Origin: Macrostomum lignano
Lineage: Eukaryota
Assembly (NCBI GenBank): GCA_002269645.1
Contig: NIVC01000019.1
Coordinates: 620,001-684,000 of the forward strand
Direction of reading: 5' to 3'
DNA length: 64,000 bases
Under the pieces are notes generated by a model. The model saw only the letters and a program-made list of their open reading frames with translations, did no database searches and had not been told where the DNA came from. Every line of letters starts with the position of its first letter. The first letter of the stretch is position 1. This document shows positions 1 to 11,000 of the stretch, piece after piece. A program made the translations under genes and the position numbers.

Positions 1-3000
1 TGTACAGCGGCCGGTACACGGCTAAGTCAACGCCATCGTCCTGGCGGTACACCTCGCTGTCCGTGCTGCTGCTCACTTCAACGGCAGCTTCATCTTCAAA
101 GTCCTCCAAGTCGACGCCGCTGGCGCTGCTGTTGCTTCGGCGACGGCGATGCTGCTGCTGATGAAGAGTTGCTGCCTCGGACGATGGAGGCACCGGCTGC
201 TGCTGCTGAGGCCGCCGCACGGTCGCCGCTGCGGCCCGAGTTGCCTCATCAGGGTCGAACTGGTCAGAATTATTCTGCTGCTGCTCCTCGTTGGGTATAC
301 TGATGGCCTGCTGGCACATGGGGCAGGTGTCCCGCACGTGCAGCCACCTGAGCGAAGGTGGAGGTTATAGGTGAGGAAGGCTAAGAGATGAAACATTATC
401 CTCCCAATTTGAGGATCTTTGAATTTCTCATCCCGATTTGAAAATCTATAGAGTTTCTCATCCCGATTCGAGGATTTGTGTAGTTTCTCATCCCAATTTG
501 AGGATCTGTGTAGTTTCTCATCCCAATTTGAGGATCTGTGTAGTTTCTCATCCCAATTTGAGGATCTGTGTAGTTTCTCATCCCAATTTGAGGATCTGTG
601 TAGTTTCTCATCCCAATTTGAGGATCTGTGTAGTTTCTCATCCCAATTTGAGGATCTGTGAATTTCTCATCCCGATTTGAGGATCTGTGTAGTTTCTCAT
701 CCCGATTCGAGGATTTGTGAATTTCTCATCCCAATTTGAGAATTTATGAGCTTCTCATCCCAATTTGAGGATCTGTGAATTTCTCATCCCAATTTGAGGA
801 TCTGTGAACTTCTCATCCCAATTTGAGGATCTGTGAACTTCTGAACCCAATTTGAGGATCCGTGAACTTCTGAACCCAATTTGAGGATCCGTGAACTTCT
901 GAACCCAATTTGAGGATCTATAAACTTCTGAACCCAATTTGAGGATCTGTGAACTTCTGAACCCAATTTGAGGATCCGTGAACTTCTGAACCCAATTTGA
1001 GGATCTATAAACTTCTGAACCCAATTTGAGGATCATTTTTGTTCATGCAAACAAATTCCGCACACCTTCGCAAGCACAGCGGATGAAAATAATGCTGGCA
1101 GAGAGTCCGCTTAGCCCCGCTGAGCATGTCGCCGAAGCAGATGGCGCAGACATCGTTATGCTGACGCAGCTCCTCAGGTGTAGCATTGGGCAGCGAGCTC
1201 AGCCGCTTGGCCGCCAGGCGTCTCAGCAGGAACTTCCGCCAGCCGCTCTGCACTCGCTGCACAACGTTGAACCAGAAGTGCACAAGCAGGATGGCCAGGC
1301 TCAGGAAGCTCCAGTCGCGAGTGAAGAATTCCCTGACACCGAAGCAGACAATGACCAGGGCCACTAGCAGCTCCACTATTCGAACGCTCGACTTCACGTA
1401 GAACACCAAGTCTTCGAAGCTCTCCTCGGTGGGACCGGACCGGAAGTGGTCGTACAGAAAGAGGCAGTACAGCACCAGACTGCCTGCCGCCTGAGAAGGA
1501 CGGGATTGCAACTGTAGAATTGGGGATTTTCTGTTGGGATTTGGATTGGGATCGAAAGGCAGCCGGATGAAAATGGAACCCAGGCCAAGAAGCATCCCAA
1601 AGTCGTTTCAGAGTCGATGCAGGTAACACAGGTAAAACAGGAAAGAAGTGACTCTATGATGACTCTAAAACAACGAGATGTCGCGGTACAAGTCGCCAAA
1701 AAGTCGCTTAAGAATAAACTTGAGCCGTTTTATTGTCCGCAACTCTGAAACGACTCTGAGGCCGTTTCGGCTCTACAAACTCACTTGACACTTTAGCATT
1801 CTTGTCACGTCACGGTAACGTTTTCAACGGGGAATCGACAGAGTCCTATGCAGGTGAGCAAAAAGGAAGGAAGAGAATCATCTCTACATGAGGTGGGAGA
1901 CGTGTGAATGAGGCAAAAGTAATTGAGCTTCACCTGCAGAGCGGTCAGCAGGCAGCTAAGCGCAATTATCAGCAGCCAGAAGTCCGGCCTGAACAGGCGC
2001 AGCAGCCAGACGGTGAGGTAGACAGGCGCGCACAGCAGCACTGCGATGACAGCCAGGGCCCGTGCGTGGCCACCATACGGCGCCGACTGTACAGCGGCGC
2101 CGAGGTGCAGCAGCCTCGGGCCGGCGATCTCGTGCACCGAGTCAAGCAGCGAGGACACCAGAATGAAGGCTACAACGGTGACTAGGCTGGCCCATTGCGG
2201 AGTTCGCATTGTATGCGGCAGGTTGGTTTGCACCGCCACCAACAGGAAGGTGAAGCCCTCCGCCCAGCCGCGCTGAAGGCCTCCGGCAGCGTCGCCAGCG
2301 GCAGCCGCTGCCGCTTGATTGGCTAAGCCTCCGCCGCCACCGCCGCCATTGAGGAAAAGTTTAGTGCATAAAAGTACAAACCATGAGGCGTGAGACACGG
2401 TCACGCACAGGCCGAGAATGCACAGCGGGCTGGAGCAGCTGTCGGACAGGGCGCCCAGCAGTACGATGTCCAAGCCTGTCGCGGACGCCGATGCCGCCAT
2501 CCAGTGCTGAATGAGGCGAAGACTGAAGTTGGACAGCCAGAAGAGTAGCAGCTGTCGGGTCATGTTGTAGTCCTGGAGTGGCATAAGGCTCGGTTCAATG
2601 CCTGCGATGGGGTCTGGGATTCTTCAATGTTTGGATCTGGGATTCTTCAGTGTTGGGATCTGGGATTCTTCAGTGTTGGGATCTGGGATTCTTTAGTGTT
2701 GGGATCTGGGATTCTTCAGTGTTTGGATCTGGGATTCTTCAGTGTTGGGATCTGGGATTCTTCAGTGTTTGGATCTGGGGATTCTTCAGTGTTGGGATCT
2801 GGGATTCTTCAGTGTTGGGATCTGGGATTCTTCAGTGTTTGGATCTGGGGATTCTTCAGTGTTGGGATCTGGGATTCTTCAGTGTTTGGATCTGGGGATT
2901 CTTCAGTGTTGGGATCTGGGATTCTTTAGTGTTGGGATCTGGGATTCTTTAGTGTTGGGATTTGGGATTCTTTAGTGTTGGGATCTGGGATTCTTCAGTG

Positions 3001-6000
3001 TTGGGATCTGGGATTCTTTAGTGTTGGGATCTGGGATTCTTCAGTGTTGGGATCTGGGATTCTTTAGTGTTGGGATCTGGGAATTTTAATGTTGGGATTT
3101 TGGGATTTTTAGTGTTGGGATCTGGTATTCTTTGGTGTTAAGATCTGGGATTCTGAGTGTTGGGATCTCGGACTCTTATTGGTGGGATCTGGGATTTTAA
3201 ATATTGGGATTTTTGGATTCTTAGTGTTGGGAGCTTTGGAAATAGGATTAACATGCACCTTACAATAAGTCTCTATGGAGTCCTCACCTGCCACAAATGC
3301 AGCGGCACAGCCACCCAGCCGTCAGCCCAGATCATGCGGCCCAGTCTGTTAAACAGAATTCGAAGATCGGCCACAGCGCCAGGCAGCAGGCGAAGGGCCA
3401 GCATGGCGGCCAGGGCTCGGGTCAGGGCGGCGGCGGCGTTGTGCCACTGCCACGGCTCGCCGATAGCGGCGTCATCGGAGCCGAGCAGCCAGAGCTGGCC
3501 GAGTTGGCCGAGTGCCGGCAGGCAGAAGGCTGCCAAACCCATGCGGCCGAGGCCGCTCAGGCCCAGCAGGCGGCCAGCCAGAGCCGCCAGGGACAGCTGG
3601 CAGGTCACGTGACCGGCTGCGCCAGTAACCACCTGATTTGCGAAGTGATGCGATCATGAGAAATAGGATGAGAGAAGAGATGAAAACAGATGAGAGGGGT
3701 GAAGAGAGGGAGAGAAGATAAGAGAAAAGAGTAAAACCATTTGCAACTCAGTTGAAATTCATTTAAAATTCATTTAAAACTCATTCGAAACTCATTTGAA
3801 ACTAATCCGAAACTAATTTGAAACTAATTTGAAACTAATTTGAAACTCATTTGAAACCCATTTAAAACTCATTTGAAACTCATTTGAAACTCATTTGAAA
3901 CTCATTTGAAACTCATTTAAAACCCATTTAAAACTCATTTAAAACTCATTTGAAACTCACTTGAAACTCATTTGAAACTCATTTGAAATTCATTTGAAAC
4001 ACATTTGAAACTCATTTAAAACTCATTTGAAACTCACTTGAAACTCATTTGAAACTCATTTGAAATTCATTTGAAACACATTTGCAATTCACACCTACGA
4101 GGGCCAGCCCCCAAGGAGGAGAGAGTGTACATGACTGACGATTAGACAGTCAAGGCCACTGTAAACCCTGTGTGAGCGTGTGAATGAGTGTATGCCTGTG
4201 TACAGCATGTACTCGGGAGTCAAAGGGATTGACATGATTGGTTACCCCTCCTCTCCATCAGGCTGCTCACCTTTATTTCAGCCATTATTAATGAATTAAG
4301 TAGGGATGAAAAGCATTGCTCACCTGCCAATAGTGATCTGGATCGGCGATGGCCAAACTGGGGCAGCAGTGAATGACATAAAGCTGCGACAGGCGAGCCT
4401 GGGCGCACACAATGGCAGCTGCGGCCATGCAATTGTAAATGCCCAGCAGCTTATCAAATGGCATAAAGGCAATGCCAAAGAACACAAAGAAGCCTGTAGT
4501 GTTGGAATAATAAATGAGTACTAATTAGTATTTAAGTATAAAGAAATTGCTTCAATTGGTTTTGAAAACATGTTTGGGTTAATCAAATAAAGCAATTTAA
4601 TAGCCTATTAGTTTTATATACGAGGGCTGCTTAATAAGTTCGCGGAAAATCCCATTTCTGCTCATCGACATCGGATTTGCGTTTTTCAGCTCTTGACGGC
4701 AACCAAATAGCTTTCCTTTCAAGTTCTTCTTGATCCTGGGAAAGAGGAAAAAGTCAGAGGGTGCAAGGTCTGGTGAGTAAGCCGGATGTGGCAGCAGCGT
4801 CAGCTGAGTCGACTGGAGAACCTGCTGGGTCACCCTGGCGCGGTGAGCAGGTGCATTGTCGTGATGCAGCAGAATCCCGCGTTCTCTCGTCTTTGGACGC
4901 TGCTGAACGAGACTTTCGAGCACTTGCGTCAGACAGACGGTTGAGTACCATTCACCGGTCACTGTGGCGCCATCCTCGAGCAGCACGGGTGGCAGGATGC
5001 CGCATCGTCTGAAGAAAACCGCCGCCATGACTTTCCCGACGCTTCGCTCGCGACGAAACTTGACGGACGCGTCCTCTTCTCTTGCGATCCACTGCCGGCT
5101 CTGCTCTTTGGTTTCTGGGTAGTAAAAGTAGACCCAGGTTTCGTCACCAGTGATGATGTTATCCACCAGTTTTGAAGCTCCTGCGTCGAACTTTTAGAGC
5201 ATGAAGCTCGAGAACTCGACCCGAGCCTGCATCTGGTTCGGGTCCAGGTGGTGGGGGACCCAGCGCGCGGACACCTTCCTCATGCCGAGGTGATCGTGCA
5301 AGATGGAAATGATGCTTGAATCCGAAATCCTCACACTTTTCTCGAGCTCTCAAACTGTTACGCGTCTGTCCTCGTCCACCAGCCTCCGGACAGCGGTCAC
5401 AGTCGTGTCAGTAATGGCCACATTTGGACGACCTTCCCAGCCATCATTGTCCAGAGACACGGAGCTGCAGCAAAACCAAGCAAACCACCATTGTCAGAGA
5501 TGGGGCTTCATCGCCAAGGGCCGCTTGAAGCATCTGCTTGCACTCAGAAGCAGACTGGCCAAGACAATTGGACAAGAATTGTGACTCATCTATCTCAATC
5601 AATGAGACTCAGTGCAATCTGCGGAGTTTCACTGCTTCTTCGGCCACTGCATCGCAGCATTTTAGCCAATCAAGCTGAAATTTTGCACAGCTATTATGAA
5701 CATGTGGGGGAAGTATTGTGTCAAATTTTGTGAGAATTGGGCAAAAGAAAATGGGATTTTCCGCGAACTTATTAAGCTTATTAACTTATTAACCTCGTAC
5801 ATAGGCTATAAATGCATGGGGTAATCAATTAGAGCAATCTAATAGCCTATTAGTTTTATACATAGGCTACATGCATGGGTTGATCAATTAGAGCAATCTA
5901 ATAGCCTATTAGTTTTATACATAGGCTATATGCATGGGTTGATCAATTAGAGAAATCTAATAGCCTATTAGTTTTATACATAGGCTACATGCATGGGTTG

Positions 6001-7676
6001 ATCAATTAGAGCAATCTAATAGCCTATTAGTTTTATACATAGGCTATATGCATGGGTTGATCAATTAGAGAAATCTAATAGCCTATTAGTTTTATACGAG
6101 TACATAGGCTATATGTCCTTATTTGTGTCACTATGATTAATTAGACATTTTTTAACATATAAGCTGTCAAAACTATTGGCTTTAATATTTTGATTTAAAT
6201 GATATCATATCACAAAATGCTAATGAATTATTTATAAGGTATTTTTTAAGTTATTGTATAAATAACATAGGTAATATAATATCTACATGGTACTATGAAA
6301 ATAATGACTGCCAAAAATTATATGCTTTATATACTAAGGACTTTAAGGTTAGTTTATACCATATATATATATAATGCTAAGTATGTCTATATCAGGAAAC
6401 CTTTCTGTACATCAAAACTTCTATGGCAAAGGTCATCTTCCTAACTATAGATTCTATTAGTTTCTTACAATGGGTACCAGTCGTTTCGGTGACAAGTCAT
6501 TTTGGTGACAGACATTTCAGTGACAAATAGTCGTTTTGGTGACAAGTTGCTTTTGTGATGGACACATACTTTTGATAAAAAATTAAATATTTCATGAGTA
6601 TTGACATTTCAATGATAAGAGGCGCTTCATAATATTAGCTTGTAGATATTTTGTTAAGATTGATGTTTTATATTATATTTTAAATTTTTGTCAAAAGATT
6701 GATAAAATTGAAGAAAAGAAATCAAAATAATTATAATTGTTTTTTTTCCTATGCAGATCATTTTAAACTGTCCCAGAGTATTCAGATACATAGACCACCA
6801 TAAACCTAATTAAAGAATCCTCTTGAATTATTGACCATAAGAAAAGCAAGGATGTTCACAGGATGCTAGGCATGTTTGGATTGGAAAACAATTCAAAGGA
6901 CTGCAACTCTCTGTAATTGTAAATAAACAAAATTAAATAAAGCTACTTAACCATTTAAAAAAATTATAAAATTTTGGGTTCAATATCCCTTAATTAAGAT
7001 TTGCAAGTTAATTATCTGTTTAAAAACAGAATGGCTATCACTAAAAAGGTATTTTTCTAGTCACTGAAACGCCTTGTCACCGAAACGACTGTAATCCCTT
7101 ACAATTTGCCTATATCATAATTACAGAATCATTAGGCCCTATATTGTTTTAATCCTTCTAAATATTATTATTCAAAACTTATTATAGAATTATTTAATTA
7201 TGCAACCTTTTTTGACTACTGCCAGTGCACAGCAATCGAAAGCATGTAAGATATGTCAGAAATTTATCACGTGGAAATCATTACAAAAAGAAAAAATTAT
7301 AATATAATGAACTTACTAACATACCTGCAAATGAAACAATTAAAAAAAGAATTTTGGAAGCGATATCATCTGATATTTGATCTAATGTATCTGGGACAAT
7401 TGGTGGTAACATTGGACCAAGTGCATCGGCTTTGCTGGAAAATAAAAAGCTTTGAAATAAGTTGCAAAGAAAGATAGCCATCTGAGCGTGCGCAGGTAAC
7501 GTTCGTACCTCATTCTCATTGGTGATATTATTAGAATCTGTGACAAAAAAATTGAAAATCCGCGGGGGAAATTGAAAAGCATTTAAATAATACAGAGAAG
7601 GAACTCTCAGCAAAGAATCCAACATCTTACAGTTTTTTGTTAACAGCCAGCTAAAATACAAATTATGAAACAACAT
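1..7676 (-). CDS. RNF145: RNF145/TRC8-family multi-pass ER membrane RING-H2 E3 ubiquitin ligase, 6 coding exons, 3' end runs off the window
   Basis: Exons 7676-7325, 4493-4324, 3632-3288, 2572-1934, 1490-1066, 347-<1, all GT-AG with matching phases (1,0,0,0,2). Recognisable blocks: [52 protein letters not shown], and RING-H2 HNDVCAIC...[23 protein letters not shown]. The start codon is the least certain part. Confidence 0.9.
396..1032. repeat. 30/29-bp minisatellite (RNF145 intron 5)
   Basis: GAGGATCTGTGTAGTTTCTCATCCCAATTT grading to GAGGATCTGTGAACTTCTGAACCCAATTT. Confidence 0.95.
2612..3240. repeat. 23-bp minisatellite (RNF145 intron 3)
   Basis: GGGATCTGGGATTCTTCAGTGTT tandem copies. Confidence 0.95.
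3740..4085. repeat. 11-bp minisatellite (RNF145 intron 2)
   Basis: CTCATTTGAAA tandem copies. Confidence 0.93.
4621..5797 (-). mobile_element. Mariner (Tc1/mariner DD34D) transposon, 1177 bp, in RNF145 intron 1
   Basis: TIR CGAGGGCTGCTTAATAAGTTCGCGGAAAATCCCATTT at 4621; its reverse complement AAATGGGATTTTCCGCGAACTTATTAAGC...CCTCG ends at 5797. TA flanks at 4619-20 and 5798-99. Transposase motifs [25 protein letters not shown] with D-34-D spacing. Confidence 0.93.
4660..5560 (-). pseudogene. Disrupted mariner transposase
   Basis: In-frame stops at 5352-5350 (TGA in V*E) and 5196-5194 (TAA). Frameshift near 5495 between [10 protein letters not shown] and QWWFAWF. N- and C-termini look shortened relative to typical mariner transposases. 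Confidence 0.85.
5798..6115. repeat. 59-bp tandem repeat interrupted by the mariner
   Basis: CATAGGCTATATGCATGGGTTGATCAATTAGAGCAATCTAATAGCCTATTAGTTTTATA x about 5, plus a degenerate copy at about 4570-4620. Confidence 0.92.
6472..7098. mobile_element. Non-autonomous TIR element (MITE-like, 627 bp) with subterminal repeats
   Basis: Left end GGGTACCAGTCGTTTCGGTGACAAG, right end CTTGTCACCGAAACGACTGTAATCCC. Flanking direct repeat TTACAAT at 6465-6471 and 7099-7105. About 4 subterminal gtcgtttcggtgaca-like copies. Superfamily undetermined. Confidence 0.8.
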
Positions 7677-8050
7677 TTGCAGCGACACATTTTACACTAA
7701 TTTTTATAGACGCATGCTTCATAGAAAATCAGAAGTCAAAAGTCTGCTAGTCAAATATAACAGATTTATTCTTAGTACTTACACAAATTTAAGGTTATTA
7801 AAGTTTTTGAATGATAATAACAAAATATAGTCAGTAAGACTAAAAATTACCTAAAAAATATTTGTAAGGTATACTCTTTTTGAAATTTTACGCGATATTG
7901 TTGTTGCACGACCTGCATCTAGCCAGCTGCTACTTTTTTCACTTAATTTTTTTCTAAAGGGTGTTTGAATATCATCATTCAGAGGCCATCTTAAGTGGAT
8001 TGAAATCACTTCAGTAGTAAGCACACCACAGTATATACATACTGTAAATT
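7677..8050. promoter_or_regulatory. Putative bidirectional promoter/5' UTR region between RNF145 and DNAJA3
   Basis: Inferred from divergent start codons about 375 bp apart. The region retains CpGs, unlike the flanking first introns. Depends on the tentative DNAJA3 exon 1. Confidence 0.45.
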
Positions 8051-11000
8051 ATGCGTTGGAATGTACTTCTTCAGTTTAAATTCTCAATTAGTAAGTAAAC
8101 TGCATTTGATTGCTGTTTGTATTGTATCTGCATGGGATCAGTTTTTTTTTATTTATCTAAATATCTCATTCTATGATATTTGCTTATGTATTTATGTATT
8201 TTCCACTTTAGTTAAATGATTTGATTTTCTTACAAAGCTCATTGACCTAGTCTTAATGTTCTTATAATTGTGTATGAAATTAGGGCCTATGCTATGACCT
8301 ATGTAGGCATTTTTAGACTGTTGTTATTGTCATAACTTCTAGTAATCATATAAATAGTAAAAGTCGTTTTTTACAGTCAACACTTGTAACAAATACCCAA
8401 ATATATAAATTGAATAATAACTTGCTATATTGCCATAAAGACTCTTAAACTATGTAAAATACAAATTTAAATTATTATAGGCCTAGTTATTTTGCTAAGC
8501 CCCTTGGTGCTAAAGCCCCAACAACCATTTTTAGGACAGTCATTTTGGTAAGTAGCCAGTCATTTTGGTAATTAGCCAAAGTCATTTTGGCAAAGATAGG
8601 ATCTTTAGATCAATATTTTAGATCAAAAAGCTGTGCACAAATTTTGGCACATTTTAAAATTTAAAATTTTCAAAAAAATTTCAAAAGTTTTTTTGCACTT
8701 GAATTTTTAAACAATTTTTTATTGTTTTTTCCATATGCAAGTTGTGCAAGTTTGCCAGAGATATGACATTTTATAATAAAAGATCCTTTAATATCTTTAT
8801 ATTTATATATTTGAGTATTTTGAGTTAAGTTCAAAATAAACAATAATAAAACAAAGTATTAGTTTGAATTTCTTTCTTAATAATATATAAATATTTTGAT
8901 AGATTTTTGAAATAGGCCTATACAAATATCCCTATTAGGAAAAGTGACATTTTCATAAATAGTATCTAGTATGCTTTGAAAAATATTAACACACTTAGCA
9001 TATGCACTTCTAATGCAACAAGGCATGCCAAAGGTCTAAGGGACAGTGCACAAGAGCCACACTCTGGATCATGTAGTATACACCCAAAAATTCAGGCATG
9101 CACAGTTGGCATGTATCATTCCTAAGAAAATAGTATATGTGCATACCTAGCATTCACTTTATTGAATAACATGTAAAAGTTATTGTGAGGTAGATAAAAA
9201 TGAAAAAAGTTAATTTTTAAGAGTAAATTTCAAGCTTTCTGGTTTTGTCAAGCTTATAAAAAAGTATTTAAACAAATATTTTTGTGTATTGATTTTCCAC
9301 TATAAATAATATCACCAAAAAGCATAAAAATCAACCAAATTGTATGGTAATAAGGGTCTATTGTGCAATTTAAAAAAGGTCATTTATTGTTGCAACACTG
9401 GCATATTTTTGAAAATGGGTATGCACTACATTTTTTTGGTATATATTTGTAATTATTTAATTTTTGTCCAGGCATGCACCTAGCATGATCCTGCACCCAG
9501 CATGATCCTGAGACTATGGCACTAGAAGGGCTGAGGTATGGCTTGCCAGAAGGGCTAAGAGGCCATAATTTATAAGGTGACATGTATGTTAGGATTTCTT
9601 GGTGTACAACAAGGGTCCTACCATTTTTTAGCATATATTAGGGTGTACATAATATAATAAATACATTGTGTCAAATAACAATTTTTTTATATTTGCATAT
9701 AAACCCTACATACAAACAAGGTCTTGTCATATTTCTGGCATTAAACCTGGTATATACTAATACACAATCCAAACTATGGCTAAGAGGTAGCATGCCAATG
9801 GGATAGCATACAAAAGGGGTAGTACATACTTAAAAGATGGCACATAGAAGTGGAGCTTACTTGTGCTATTCCTCTGGCTATACCAAATTGCCAAAGGCTT
9901 TTAATACCTATATGGCATTAAGAAGATTGCCAATATATCACAACAGTTTTAGTTCAAGAAACATTTTTATAATAGCTAGTCTATAAATCCCTAGGCCAAT
10001 ATGAGAAGGCATGCAAAGTTATGCATTTTCAGCAAATTTTTGCTTAATGAAAAATATAAAACTGCTTATTAGCTGAATAATAAAAACTTATAAGACAATA
10101 AGGTAGACAGCTTTGGCAAGTTGGTCAAAGTTAATTCTATCATTTATTTAATATAATTTGCCTATTTGTCCCCTAGATTGGCATTTCTTGGTAATCATAG
10201 ATGCAGAATAAAGTATGTTATTCTTGGCATGCATCTGTGGACTTTGAGAATTTATTCCAATAAGGCAAAATAAAAATGTTAATAAAATAGACCTAACTAC
10301 AAAGTGATATTATGAAAACTATTACTTAAATGACAATTTACTAAATATTCCATTTTTTGACCTATATCCAAGGCTAAAAGGCTAATAATTTAGTAATAAA
10401 AAATAAATAAACTTTTTTAATATGTTGATACAAGCATATAATGATAACTTATTGTGGTCCTTATCAATCAACCTTGAAAAGTAAAATTGTCTTATGCTCA
10501 CTTAAGTGACAATGTGGTAATAGTCTTTTGGGGTCTTAAGGATAATTTTTGAATTGAGTGTATACTTAATATCATTATTCAATAGGGCATTCATTTTGCT
10601 TATGGCCAATGTATAGATATGTGTAATTTTATAATGTCTATACCTCAGCCACAAGCAACATAAAAACATGACTTTACTTTACAATCAATGAACTAGATAA
10701 TAAAGTGATATAACAATAAACATTAAAACATTATTAATTACCTTAACAAAGCATAAGTAAAATTTTATAAATAGACACTTAATGCCCTATATACAATACA
10801 CATTTGGTACCAAAAAGACCAAAATGGAAGACCCCTAAGTGACTATCAATGAAATAACTAGTCCCCCTTAAAGCATAAGATTATAGATTGTCTAAAAGTC
10901 ACTTGCTGGACCTCTTGGCTGCTATACCTCTATATTCTCCCTTGCTTCCATAGTCCTCTATGGAACCTAAAAACCTTAATATCTATAACTTCCCATAGTC

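Noticed and set aside
396-1032. Regularly spaced 29-37 bp repeats resembling CRISPR arrays (also 60770-61910)
   Set aside because: Head-to-tail copies without unique spacers, in spliceosomal introns, with no cas genes.
2585-2604. Alternative RNF145 acceptor at 2602 and ORF-track start at 2584
   Set aside because: Phase-incompatible with the upstream donor. The acceptor at 2573 gives phase 0 and an ungapped alignment to the recalled RNF145 sequence.
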